Shown: piece by piece, positions 12,836 to 29,766 of the stretch
Layout of the letters: the number at the start of each line of letters is the position of its first letter
How positions within the stretch are numbered: the stretch's first letter is position 1
NCBI GenBank assembly: GCA_030141605.1
Contig: JAQGDQ010000106.1
Coordinates: 554,661 to 618,660 of the forward strand
Direction of reading: 5' to 3'
From: Tubiluchus corallicola
Taxonomy: Eukaryota > Animalia > Priapulida
Length of the DNA: 64,000 bases
Notes under the pieces: generated by a model
What the model saw: only the letters and a program-made list of their open reading frames with translations
Database searches by the model: none
What the model was told of the DNA's origin: nothing
Position numbers and translations under genes: made by a program

Positions 12836-15800
12836 TTACCAAAATATTAATCATTAAGCAAATTTTTAAAAGGCACATGGTAGCACTGAATCAGAACTCT
12901 TGACCAATTGATGATTTCAGATGAAAGACAGTACTATAAAAGATCACAGATTGATGAGACTGCGTGAGATGAAGGTAACCGACTTTAACATACCATCTCT
13001 GCACTTGTGACATTTATCGTTGTGATGCACGAAATATGGCAAATAAAGACCTGAAAATCAGCATATCCGAAGCACGATCAATCTTAAAGGTTACCTAAGG
13101 GTCATTATTCATAATGCAGGGAAAACTGCGACACCAGTGAGAACAACTTGCTGCTAGATGTCAAGAAACGTAAGGTATAAAGCCTCGGAAGCTTTTTTTG
13201 CTCAAAAATGAAAATCTCATACCATTAATTATTATTATTTCGTCTTTTTCTTCATGACGTATTGAAACAGATCAATCAACGCCATGCTAGTGGAAAAACC
13301 TCGTCCAGTGTCACTTGGTTAATGTAACAATAATCAAAGAAGCCAACCATATCAACATGTCACTCATCGAAGATAAGATTTAATGGTTAACCAAAGCAGC
13401 CAATATTGTATAAGAAACAAGCTTTTTCAAGTAGTTAGTCTTTTGAATGTTGGTACTCCGAAAAAAACCCACAAAACTCTGTTAAACTCTGCGCAGATGC
13501 TTTTAGCTATTACCTCGTAACACATAAAACAACTATGCAATCAACTGGTATGACATTAAGTCCGACAATCGCGTTACAGTGAGCTAAGACACGATTTTCA
13601 TGTAATTTAGTAGAACGATAAAAACCATTGCGGCAAAGTTAATATGACCTATAAACACCAGTGCTGCAGCATAAGATCAGCAGCAGAAACTAACCCACGT
13701 TTCGTGTTTCCAACCACGCTGCTGTTTGAGCTTGCGACCGGTTCGCAGACTCCCAAGCACTCAAAGACGCTGCGCTATGTATATTTCCAGTGCAAGAGTG
13801 CTTAGTCGTCATAGCAACCGCCAATCCAAATACTTCGCCAATGTGCAACATGGCTACCACGTTCCAAAAGCCTGTAAGGCAAGAAATTGGGCTACCAGCT
13901 TACCAAAGCTTGAAAGACGTATGCACGAACGTTCTCTGCCTAGACCGAAATTATGCATTGTACAATTTCAACTTTATGCATTATGCTGCACACTGGTCAA
14001 TTGCTGGCGTTGTCTAATTTCCACACTTAGAGCCTCAAAAAGCAATAGGAATTAACATGAAGCATCACCTGCTGGTGAACATTCTCTTTCATAAAATGAA
14101 AAAAACACACAGGTAAATAACATCATTTTAAACTATGAAAACTGTTATTATTAGGCTTACAGTGAAACAATTTAAACATGATCAAAGTTGAATTTTGAGC
14201 CACTACAAACTTTTTTAAGAATTCCTGCTCAAAAAGCCACGGGCCAATTCAGTGTTCCAGTGGTAAATTACAGATTTATTCCATGTGCAGCTAAACAGCA
14301 GTACAAAGAGACAAAAAAATAAAGAGAACAGTAAGAAACATCCATTTGATAAAATAATAACTAATTTTAACTCAACTAAGTTTAATGCCTCTGCTTTTAA
14401 TGACGATGTACAAGCCAAAAATTGTTCATACCATACTTCTCTCATTCCCGGGGGGCAGATGTAAAAAGGGCGTTGCTTATTGTTATGGAGATTCCTTCGC
14501 GTCGTATTAGCAAAAATTCAGCTACTATGCTTATTAACGAGACGACGGCAGCTGCAGTTGATTCGGGTCCAACCACTAGACAGCGTTGATGTTACCATGG
14601 AAACAAAAATATTCTGACTCACTGATGTTTTATGCTTTTGGAAGTGCCAGTGAAAAATCAATTGGTGCATGGTTTCTTATACTATCAATCGACTACTATA
14701 ATTACGTCATAGTGGTATAAACTTTTTTGTAAAACCCTTCAAATATTTGTAGCTTGTCATCAAGTGGTCACTATTTGTTAATGATTTGATTAACGACAAT
14801 TAATAATTTAAAATAAGACTTTCCACTCATTCACACGCTGGCGGGCGTTCAAAGAGCATCTAAACCATTACCTAATCATTATAAATAGTTCATTCGTTGC
14901 TTGTCAAAGGACAACCTCACACATTTTATTACGTTTGCAGAACACGTTATAAGAATGTTTGTGACAATGGTGCCACCGCCTGCAGAAAAATTGCTAAACT
15001 AATTGACAACAGAGTCACTATTACTTAGTACTAGGATTGGTTAAAAATTTAGTGTGATAACACAAGCGACATATTACCGGTCCAACAGACTGCAGTCTCT
15101 ATATGGGCTTAGGCAAGTTTATTTATCCTATTTCTAGGACTTGACGCAATGCGTTTTATCTGTAGTTAAAAATCGGCCAAGCAAAGTGGCAAACACGTAC
15201 AGTTCAACAGTCCTTTCTATACTTTGAGTTCACCCACTCACTTCCTATATTTGTTGACAAATATAAGTTTATCTAACAATGGCAAAATCACAGAAAACAG
15301 TATAATTTTTTCTTACTGTTAAGGACTTCAATGCTTAGCAGTTCAACGATGATCTTCATAGATGGCGTTTGCCAACGACTGACAAGAAAAAAGGAACATT
15401 ATATTTCACTCAGCGATTTAGAGGGGGAAGTCCACGACGCTCAATTTAATCGTGTTGATGCGAAAATAACTGCGCGCACTTTGCTTTAGTCACGCAAAAG
15501 TGCGTCGATAAATTGAGGCTACAGCTCTCCAGACAAATTTGACTTGAATGGAAAGGGTTACGCGAAGGTTCTTTTGAAGCGTGTTAACCGCTTGGCTGAC
15601 AGCCAATAACAAGTGTAACCGGCACCCAAGAACAAGTTTACTAACACCAGCTCAAGAAGGAGTAACAGCCTACTTTGTATGCGCAGCGACACAAATTCAC
15701 AAGCTTGGTCGTATCTGGCTACAGTGACGGGTTGCCGGCAATGTGGTTTGCCTTGTTCATTTGGTAACTTTGCTAGTTTTCCTTATGTGGCAAAAGATTG

Positions 15801-18800
15801 TCAGGGGGAGGGGGACAAATTAAGCCGGTAGCAATCATCCTTGTGAAAAGTACATATTACTACCGCCTAAGTCTAACTAAATGAAATGTTTTTCCACAAC
15901 TTCATATTTAGTCAGAGCAATCAGCAGAGAGAAAACATCTGAGCTGCAGTTAATTGTTTTTTTTTAAATAGCAATGCTTCTTTGTGGCGTATTTCGTTCA
16001 GGCTCACCATGTTTGCAAACCTTTACAGCTAATCTCACATCAATAATCAGAAATATGCTCTTAAACTTGTTAATTACTTCTGAGTAGCAGGTATTTAAAT
16101 TCAAGTTTAAATCTTAACCCATTTAGCACTGCGTAATAAATTAAACTCACGAGTATCAAGAACAATTTTGAAACCACACATGGCAGAAAAAAAGAAACCA
16201 GAAATTTGAATTTGAACTGTGTGCTTTGACCACGTACTCACCTAACCAGAGATATTAAAGCATTATCATTTTATTTTATTTTTCTGTCCAAAGAGCAAAT
16301 AATGACAAATGGTCAGTGTATTTTTGTTGCTACTGTTAAAAAATATTTTGTAGATTGCCACCAAACAGTACTCTGTTTTTGATGTCATACATACCAAACA
16401 TATTATAGCACTGGAATCTGAAAAATCTAATTTGTGGTAAATAGCAACATCCAGAAATTTTTATTTATGATTTATTAATTATTATCAAAATAATTACATT
16501 TTTGATTTAAGACTTCAAAAATTTCAAAAATAATCAACAAAATGCCTTTCAGGCTGAGACCCTCAGGATGGCACATCGTCGGATCTTGTAAGCCCACTCA
16601 ATAGTAATCCAGGTAAAGCAGCATTTGCGAAATCAAGCACATTTTGACATTCAGGCAGCTTGCTTTTTCGTTTAATTGTGACAATTAACATCTAAACTCT
16701 AAAGCGAGAAAGAACTTATTTTCTATATTGTAACACAGTCCCCAACTGGATGACGAAATTTTCTTAACGGGAGTTCTGTTGCTGCATAATACAAACTCTG
16801 ACTCCGACTGACCACTACAACAAACGATGTGCCTTGGCCCCTGAGCACACTGCCCTGTTTTCTTGCGCTACACCGCCAGATGACACTGTAAAATTAGTGC
16901 AAGTTTTACTAAAACTTATTATTAGCGCTAGCACAAAATATATTGAAAAAAAAGAGCCTTGCACTGCTTCAGCGTGATAAAATTTGCTCAACAGGCAAGA
17001 GATCGCAAGTCACAAAGAAAATTCCGTTGATTCCCACGATCTATATCTCAAGTAGTAAGAAACGAAACGTCTTGAGCTTGACATGAACTGCGCTTAAAAG
17101 CTATTCCTAACTTGTCTTTCATACGTGAACAATCAAAAGAAAGTCATTTTCACACAGTATGTCCTGTCTTGTCACACTACAGAGCTATCGCAGCTAATAT
17201 TGTTGCTACCAGTCACCATAGCAACGATCACTCCTAAGTCAAAGCTTCCAAGAGCTCTGAGTGCTGGCATATTATGTAACCCCAATGGTTTGCTAGGCCG
17301 ATTATCCTCTTCATGTGCTAACCAGCTCTTCTAGCTACTAACTAGTATGGCTACCAGCAGTAATTTGCTATTCGAGGGTATGAACTTCCTGTCGCAACTT
17401 TAACTGCTAATTTTTTATCTAGCTTGCCAGTCCTACTTTGTATAACGTAGAACTATACACAAACAGTTGCTACTGTACCCAAAACTGAATTGGTACTTGC
17501 ATAAATTTGTTGCTACTGTATGTAACTCTAGTTGTCATACCTACTGTAATTAAGCGGTGGCTACTGTATATAAACGTGTTTGCCACGGGACGATTTTCTG
17601 GCATTACCGTTTAATGGTAGCTACAGTAACTATAACACAAACGGATTACCGCAAAACTTGCATACTTCGTTGATTAGGAAGGAGGGGGCAGGCGATTAAG
17701 TATGGCACAGAAAATTGACGTGCAGCATACCGCAAAATTATTAAGAACACGAATCAAAACCGATTCACTTGCCTTAAATGCACGAATATTTTCAGGCGAG
17801 TTTTTAAATCAAGATAGCCCTCCGTCCTCATGTAGAATTTGGGGAGAATTCAATTAGTAGAACGGTAACATTGAAACGAGTTCAATTAGTTTTTACCAAA
17901 AATTAATAAATTTCTAGCAATTACGGTGACACAAAATTATGTAAACCATGCTTGATTTCTTGCCATGCATGTTCAAGATGAAACATAAATGCAGTTAAAT
18001 ATAATGTCATTAAATTTGTGAACAATAAATTAATCTGTATATAATTGTACACCTGTACAGTGCACACTGTAAGTATAGCACAGCTAATTGTTTTTGTAAA
18101 GCGCAAATAAGATCTCTAATATCAGCATATTTAGACAAATACACGTTATGTACCTGTGCGGCAAATTTTCATCTATACATCCATGTCTTTTTTATTCTTA
18201 AAACTGTTTGTTTTCGGGTTTTGCATAACATACAGTAACACACTTGTCTTCATCTTAAGTTACTTAAGCTCCAAGCCGAAAAAAATCTGCGCAGAAAAGA
18301 GAATGGCATTTTCATGATTCTGCGAAGGGAAATCAAACAAGCTTAAGTTTGCACATTCTTTTCTTAACTATTTACCGCCATACAAAGGATAACTAGCCAT
18401 GTGAACCATCTAAGCAAATATGTTATCGCCAGAAGGAAGAAATCAATTGTATGAATGTTTGTTGTTATCTACTTGGCACCCGCACAATGCATGTTTTGAG
18501 TGGGTTGAGTGAAATACACTGTACTGATTATGGGATGACCAAAAATTCTCAAATTTATTTTTTATCTGGAAAATGAAAGAGTTTTGTGAACCACAAATCA
18601 GGTTAACATGGCAAGTGGTTTTTCGCAAGAATCGTGCAGGTTATTTCTTTGCTGTGAAGTCTACAAAAGTTTTAATTTTAACTATTTTTTCCACCTTTCC
18701 ATACACTGCTAAGATATAAAGCTTTACCACCCATTTTCTTGGGTTATAACCTTAGAAAATTCTAGTTCTGAAACGTTTACATCTTCTTTAGATATCTGCA

Positions 18801-21800
18801 CTCAACCATACTACAAAATCAGACTTTTGGCGGAGATAGCGACTATTCTATAATCCGGCATTGCTTGTCAATCAGTTTTGCGTGTCTTCTCCATTTAATT
18901 CATAAACTTTTATCACGCCTGTAAAGTAATCATCTTTGGAGCCATTTTTGTAAAAAAAAGAGCTTGCTTGCTTGACCACTGAGATTAGTGATAGACTCGT
19001 AATCAAGAGAAAATACTGAGAAGACGAAAATGTGAAAGATTTCGTTCTCACCAGTGTTCTAATAAAAATAAATGCAATAAATGTGTAATTAAAAATAAAT
19101 AAATTATGCAAGTGTGAAAAAGTGGAATGATACAAATAAATTCAATATCACCAGATTAAAAAGCCAAAATTCAACATAAACGGTCAACTAAACGTTATCC
19201 CTTTATTATACTGAATTAATGGACGGTGGACACTGAAACACAGGAAAAACCAGTGTGAGTAAGAATTTAAGAGCTTGTTGTGTATTATGCAGAACTTGAA
19301 ATAAATCTTAGAGGCACCCTACAACAAGCGAACATGAAGATCAAATACACATATAAAATGAGTTGCCAAATAAGAAAATGAATAAGAAAATTTCACGTTT
19401 TGAAATGTATTCATATTTTGTGGGTGTTTTATAGGATTAGCCTAGAATAGTTTTTCTTGTTTAAGCTGTGCATTGTCAGCTGCCGAAGCCTGTGAAAAGT
19501 TCAATGCTCCTGTCAGTGAACTGCCACTGAAACTCAGTACTGACAAAATATAGAGTACAAAATTGAGAAATACAAAAATGTAATAACAGTTAAAATTCTT
19601 TTCCAATATTCACCACTTTTCTAGGATATTTTTAGAAAATACGAAAAGTCGAGAAGAGACAGTAAGCAGTGAAGAAACTTCAAAAGGGGCACAATTAATG
19701 TAATACATTGAATGAAAATGCTATAAGACACAAGAAATGGGCGGTAAAAATATTAATGTAAAAAACATAAGAGGAAACAAGTACTGTACTTGTAATGTAT
19801 TGAATTACAGATAAAATTAAAAGTAAATTGCTTGTCGTTCTGCAAGAGGAAAAAGACTTGAAAAATCACTTGAAAAAAGCTCATAAAATGCAAGTAAAAG
19901 TGGAAAGAATGAGCAAAACCCTTCTTAAATAAACCCTGCATTATTTTCACCTGCACAGTTTTTCAAGTGTGTCATTTATTGATCAGTGCTGCAGGTTTTT
20001 CATCTTAATCATTCATTATGTTATTTTCAGTACAAGTCCTATGACTATAAGATTTAATAGCATTTAATAATATTAAAGACTTTCTAATTTGATAACAATT
20101 TCAAAAATCGCCATAAACAAATGATTTAGAGGTACTTGCTATACTGATTATATTTCCAATGATGATTCATTTACAAAAAAAATAGAAACAAAAGAACATA
20201 GGACACTAAATCAATTATTATGGTGCTGTGGAGCCTTTTCACAATTCAAACAGAAAAATGATTTGTAAATAACAATAACGTAGGCTTTTACAATTTTAGT
20301 TACTCACAACATGACAATGTACATGTCTTAGTCACAAAGTAATATTATCCCTAAACATAACAGTCGGTACTGTTTACCGATTTTGTACCCAATATGCAAG
20401 AAAAGCCCAAAAAACAGCTTCACAAGTTTGTGGTGCTTTAGTGAATTTATGTAATGACTAATGAAATGAAATAATGTTTTAGCAACATCAAAATATTTGG
20501 TTCTTAGGAATCACTTACACAAAAGTATTGATTTCTATAACTTTTTTCCTGCATTCACAACTGATTTTATTTAAAACTAATCTAACATAAAAGACATGCA
20601 CACATCCATTTCTTCATACCGTGTGCTCGAAACACAAAATGCAAATCGAGAAACAAGTTAAACAAGTACAAAAAAATTAAAGTAAACAAAAGAATGGAAT
20701 TTTACCGAAACACCAAAAATAACAAGTTACAGCGACATTTTAAGATCTTAAGTTTTACTACTCTGTACAGCCTGTAATGAAACTTAAAATGTGAATCCAC
20801 CAAGAAACCTTGATATCAAGTATCAAGACTCGGAATTTTTATGAAAAGTACATATATAAGCAGAACAACAGCAAGAAGTATACTTGTCTGCAAGATTAAA
20901 CAAGTTTGCAAAAGCTACAGTTTGGGAAAAATTTATTGGTGGTTAAATACAATATTCGAGAATAATGCCAGTTTAACATACAAATGATTTACTAAAAAAT
21001 AAAAACCAAAAGATGGTTTTGACATATTTCCCCTTATAATGCATATTATGCTGATTTTCAATTTAAAAATGCATGCCCAGCTTTATGAATTAAAACAACT
21101 ACATATCTAGTCTCTACACACTGACACGCCACAGACACAGATCTACAATAATATTTTTCTTATCGCCTAGGATAATGATAAATATTTCACACAATACATT
21201 GAAATTTAGTAACAATAATATTAAGCAAAAACTGGTGGTACAATAGTTAAGTACTGCTGTTTCATACAATCAACTCTCTCTGAATTAATTATTAATTCTG
21301 AATTTGTGGGTTTTCAAAAATGATCACTAAAACACAAACAAAAAAGAAAATATTTAAAGCAATGCCAATAATTTATATTCCTGAACTAATCGAAAATTTC
21401 ATAGTTTTTTTGCAAATTAAAAGGTGTTTAGTATTAATTTTGTATGCCTCTATTGTATTCCATACAATACATGTGCACTACAACTTGTTAACAGCCTATT
21501 AATACAGTGTGCTCATGTTCTACAATAAAGTTTTTGTGATTACTGTTAATATTTTGAATTAACTGCACCACACGACAATATACTGATTTACAGAGAGATC
21601 TGTGTAACAGTGTTCATAGCAAGTACTGGAACATTTGTTCGAAAATGAAATAATTAATGTTGATAACACGACCAATAATGTTTACTTTTGAAGTTCGACT
21701 TTCCCTGCTTATTGCCCAATCTTGTATCATCATTACAGCAAAATATTAGCCAGCTAGGATAACAGTGAAATTTCAATTTAGTTTTTACAAGTTTATAATC

Positions 21801-22598
21801 ACATTTAAAAAAAAGTAAGAATCAATTTGAAATACACAAACGTTACCGTACAAAGTAATATATACTAGAGAGCATCAATCCATTCAGTGTTACTTCCAAT
21901 CTAGCATTATTAATGCCACAACTGGGATCTTTTTAGAATGTGTTTTGAGGACTGTAAATTTCAATAAACTCAAGCATGTTTCCTGTTAAATGGTAATGAC
22001 AGTTACTATTTCTTGATGTTACACACCCATACTTAATTGAATTTTAATACCGAACCCGAGCAACAAGAAATGTGAAAATGTTAGGATGAATTCCAGACTG
22101 AATCACAACTTTTTCACATGTCTTGTCTTTCAAGTTTGGCATAACAATTTAACTAATTGTGGGATTGCTAACATTGTTAATAATAATAGATCTTGATTAC
22201 AAAATCAGTTACCATGTAATTTAAGTCTTATATTTATTTTAGCTAGTTTATAACTGCTCTGCTCTAAAGATGCAAGACTGAAACATAAGCAAATAAACAT
22301 CATGTTGTTAAAACAACAGTAACTTAACTAGCTTTTCACACTCTTATCCCAAGATTCCACAGAAACAAATGAATTTAATTATGATTTGCTTCTCGACATA
22401 TTTACACCAATTCATATTGTAAACACAAACATGTTTGGGAAGTTCAATCTCTTGCGACTTATTAGTTTAATAATTCACTTCATGTAAATGCTTCAGTGTC
22501 GTTATTTCAAATTACACGGAGAGGCTGTCAATAAATGAATAATAATCTCTTTGGTCAATGTGAGGACACATCGCTGAGCACTGCAATTCGTCAACTGC

Positions 22599-24800
<2,202 letters not shown>

Positions 24801-25112
24801 CTATCGCTGTTCAACAAAAACGAAATAGCTTTACAATACTGCTGAATAAACAGACGAAAAGATGCAGCCATTAACGTAGTTAACTAGAACAGCAGAAATT
24901 GAATAGTTTTCCGAGGTCGCTAATAAACTGACAAGAAATTAACGAAACAGATGCAGACAATATCGTCACAACGCAGCTAATACTTGCTCTAATTCCTCTT
25001 CAAACTGGTTAACAACACTAGCTTTATGAAGTCACATTAGATAGAACAAGATACAGTAACCAAATAAATGAACGCTCTTTGTCTACAGCAGCACTCGAGA
25101 AAGCTCCACACT

Positions 25113-25176
25113 ACGCCATTACGCTCTTCGGCCGTGACGTCACGACGTCGTTTCGCCTGAACACGCGTCACGTGAC
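25113..25176 (-). promoter_or_regulatory. Probable Groucho proximal promoter (CRE palindrome, E-box, YY1-like site)
   Basis: CGTGACGTCACG at 25133-25144, GTCACGTGAC at 25167-25176 and CGCCATT near 25114, in a CpG-rich patch ~350-400 bp upstream of the ATG. Confidence 0.6.
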
Positions 25177-28100
25177 CGCTCTGAGTCAGATACACTGGAC
25201 AGCCGACAGCAGATTACATAGTACATACTGTTTGCTGTTTGTAAAGGCGTCGCGATCAATGGTGTATTAATAGAAAAGATGCGGCCCCACAATTACATCA
25301 ACATAGCCGATTCACTCATACGTCTACTAATAGTCTAGCACATACAAGCTACAGTTCTATATATCCTCAAACAAATACCACACACACCCATGTCATACTA
25401 ACGAATAACACATATGGAGTATAACTAATCGTCTGCACTTGTAACCGAAGACTGTTTCTGCGTAAAACAAACAGTCAGCTACACGGATCAGCGCACATTG
25501 CAGTACAAGCTGAGATAGCAACGCGGGAAAGACATACATAACGTTGGGGCGCCGAACCGTATAGCTGCTGCTACCGGTCTTTGCAGTTTATTTGCACAAA
25601 ATGTGCTGCTCGACCGTTGGCATAGCAACAAGAACAAGCCCAGAGTGCGTCAGTATAAACTTGTTTGCAACTTCTTTGTAAATATGAAAGTGGCGTTGTA
25701 AGCCAAGACAGCAAGTCGGATGATAGGTTAGCGGAATTATAAATAACAAAACATGTCTTCCCAGAAAATTGCGACCACACTGTACCATGATGGCGAGGAT
25801 AAAATTTAACTATAAAACTTATCTGTAGTACACATTCTTTTACAGTTACAGCGGGTCCATGAGACAAACAGTGTTACTGTACATAAATAATACATATGAT
25901 AGATAATGAAAGTAGTTAGCAACTACTGTACATAGACTGTGACGGGACAGATTGAGTAAATAAGTTTCATAAATCGACAACTTTCACAAACTGGTTGAAT
26001 TAAGAATTTGAAATACATGCAAATAGTTCGTAAGTAACAAAATGACTTAGGTTGTTACTAAAAGGCAATGAAAAATTCTAATCATCAATATCATCGAGGT
26101 TAAGACAGTTTACTGAATACACAAATTTACCATTAAAACATAGCCAGAATATTAACAAAATTCAAAGAAACGACAAAAAATAAAACAAAACTAATTGTTA
26201 TAAATTTAACAAACACAGAATTTACAGAATACTTTATAACTAATAAATTTCCCGTATCTGTTCTGATACGTAAAAATATATGACCCAGAGTTTTAAAGGA
26301 CAAAAATACAATTTGCACCCTAAGCTTGGAGAGCACGCAAGTATCGGAAAGGTAAGCAGAAAGATGAGCTATGTGTATATATTAAACTGATGTGTGCAAT
26401 AAAACCAAAAAACAAAACTAAACAAGTTGGCTGTATCTTGGTTAAACCAATGGGCAGGCCTCTTTCAAACTATTTCAATAATTGTTTCTTCAACCACCTA
26501 ACAGTTTCATTATAGTCCACTACTTGGCAAGTCAGCTATAAGTTTTTTTTATCATATTTCAAACAATTTTATACATTTTCATCACTGACCAGTTTTTACC
26601 TTAATTATGAACTGTAGATTCTAAGCACCTAGCAGTTAAACAGAAAGGACGGTAAAGGGAATGCTTAAGTGTGTAATACATGTAACATTTATCTAGAGAC
26701 ATTCGTGATTTGTAACAGACACAAAATGAAAACATAATGCTGCAAATACTCAAATGAATCATTAAATGTCTCATAGATCTGGATCTAGATTCACGATCAT
26801 AAAGTACCATATCCCGCTATGAGTACTGATGCAAACCAGTTACTTATTACACCTGATATAAATTATGCACCTTAAATCATCATTGGAGGAGATCACATTA
26901 CAAATGAAAATTAACAATTTATTTCAAAAGAGAATAGGAAACTTTGGAAAATTTTTCTAATAGAATGAAACATGCAGAAGCTTTTCACTCACACTAACAA
27001 TACTACAGTAGCTGCAAAAAAACAACAATTGATACAATAATTCATTTAACATTTGAACACACGTGATGACAAAGAGATGGTGGACTGCAGTGTACTTTCC
27101 GTATGATCACATTGAAAACAACTCGCATTGATGTGTGTGCCCATTATCCTGCTCAGTTTAGTAGCACATATGTACATTGCCATGATAGTAGTTTCCGTCA
27201 TGAAGTAGCAACACCTCTAACACAGTTTAGTTTTTGTGTATAACCAAAACGTCACCAGTCATTGTCAGCTAGTGAACTATTCTTTGCTTCAAATCTTAAA
27301 ATTCTTTTTATTAAGCTTATATAAAATGCAGGAAAAATCATACATAATTTTCATTTATAATAATTACTTTGGAAAAAACATAAACTATCATAGTTTTTAT
27401 TAATATATTGTAATTTATTATTATCTATTATTAATGGGATAAAATTTCCATCTACATATACATGTGGTGTTCACTATTCCTATTGTGCACCCATCAATTA
27501 TAGTAATCAAACAAACAATTTTTAAAACAATGCGAAAGTTCATGTAAGAAGGCCAAACGGATAGGGTCAGATGCTTTTTTCACTTTAGATATCTTTAATC
27601 ATTCAATTATCTGTTATTAGAACTTTTGATTAGTAAACAAAGCATTATATTAAACAATATAATCAATATTTTTGATTGATCAGCGTTTCCGGTATACTTT
27701 CCACACGTTCCACTAGTAAAGCATAGCACTCACTCCTAATGTGGAGCATGTAATGGGTCCTCATATCCTTGAAATCCACCTATTTTTGCAGACTCAGTCA
27801 TTACGCAAAACAACTGGGCTGTGGCTCAACTTAATTGTTGTGACTCAGTTACTTGAAGAGCAAGTTTAGACAGCTAAAGTTTAATTACAAGCAATTTACG
27901 TTCATCACTACTACCAGACTCCTGTAACCAATAGCTTCAAATGAGTAATGTCTCAGCAAGTTGTAATTACGTTTATCATGACCAGTACACTACCACTCGG
28001 TTAATGATTAACCTCACTGGACTGATTTTCTAGCAATAGCAGTTTACCTGCTCTCACAGTTACATTCCGGCGCAGACATTTTCACAAAATTCTTTCACAA

Positions 28101-28759
28101 CATTGACAGCATCGGTTATTAAAGTGAGTTACGAGTTCGCAATAATTACGTTAATTACTAAGTTCGGGAATTGTTGTTTGGTGAGACTGTCTTCTTAATT
28201 TTAACTCTTAAGTCCTACAAACGAATTAACTGCATTTGCATGATATCAATAATATAGCAGTTTTATCAAGCTTAAAAGTAGTTTTCCTTACAATGAGCTA
28301 AGTTACATACCTTGGAAGAACTAATTGCTTGAAAGTCAAAACAAGAAACAAATTGGAAACTCTCTCAAACAGCAACAATCTGCCACTCTTCCTGCGTGCT
28401 AGGCAATGCTCACTAGATGGCAGTCACGCTGTCGTTGGCCATCTAGCGGGCAAATAATAAAATAATTCTACAATAGTTAATATAGGAGCTATTAATTAAT
28501 TCAAAATTGTGGTACCAGTCTGCTACAGCCCGATAAATTGATATAAAAATATCTTATCTACCTTGATTGCAACTTACGAACAATTAAAGTTTTACACTAA
28601 CCAGAAATGCAATGTATTTCCTAGTATACTCATATTTAATTGCAAGATCAAGGGCTTGCCCTAAATAATATAAGGGTTATAATGCAGTTAATCCATGTAA
28701 AAAACAGTAGGCCTGTGATAAAAATCATAATTGCTACAATTATGTTTTACTGCTAGCAT

Positions 28760-29766
28760 GGGGCCATCCACATATAAGGATATCAAATTTTTGGCCGATT
28801 TCGGGGACCTAACCATCCTTGCGTTATAAAGGTGTTATCATATGCCCCACCACCTACCTACCTAGGGTCACCATATTGTCTGAGTTTGAAAAAGAGGACC
28901 ACATGTCGAGCATTCGGCTTCCCAGTAAAACCGACCTGCGCGAAAACACGGGAACTTGGCCTTCATTTCATCTGTAAATGCACACTGTCGTTTCGGCATT
29001 GCTACTTTCTAATTAACTTTTACCAGTAGCTCAAAACTGCAAAACTATACAAATTTAAAGAAATTCACATAAAAACAAACAAAATGGCTCCTGGAAGCTG
29101 ATGTCATTTAAAGTTGTTAGCGAATACGCTGAGTATCGACATCGGTGTGAGTTGTGTGCCCCATAGTGATGTGCGCATCGCTTACTTCTGTTCAGTAAAT
29201 ATGTACACAAAGCTTTTACAAGGGTTGCATTTTGAGATGTTAGGAAACCCGGACGTATGGTAACCCTATACCTACCCCTTACATTGATAACGATATCACA
29301 CCGATGTAACTTTTTGGACATTTTATTCCTCTTCCTCCCAAGGGCAGGCAACAACATCACTTGCGTTAATCAACGGGAAACCATCAGTGGCTTCTACTGG
29401 CACATAAGCGGTGGAAGCCCAATTCACTGAACTCATTCTCACCGACCCATTTTGCAAATTCATTCTTCTCCTCATAGCTGATTACGAATAGCCATTCCTT
29501 GTTCCGCATCGCTGCTAGACGTACTGGACGAGTTGGGTGCTCGTTTAATTGCACCACAACTGGTGGCGTAATCTGCTTGGTTTGACTTTGACGACAATAC
29601 TTCATGTGTGCCTGGATTTTTAGGATGCATGGTAGACGTGTGAAAAATGTGTGATCTCTGATAACGATATCTTGACTAAATCACCTACCTACCTTGTGTT
29701 ATAATGGTGTTATCACGTCTCCTGCCACCTACCCTAAACTTGGTATCATTATATGCTAGAAAGCCC
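28760..29766. mobile_element. Degenerate TIR element hosting a hAT MITE
   Basis: Imperfect inverted ends GGGCCATCCACATATAAGGATATCAA / GGGCTTTCTAGCATATAATGATACCAA, plus repeated subterminal ccacctacc/gttatca motifs. Confidence 0.45.
28863..29268. mobile_element. hAT-type MITE
   Basis: TIR TAGGGT(C/T)ACCATA with a perfect 8-bp TSD TACCTACC (28855-28862 and 29269-29276). Confidence 0.85.
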
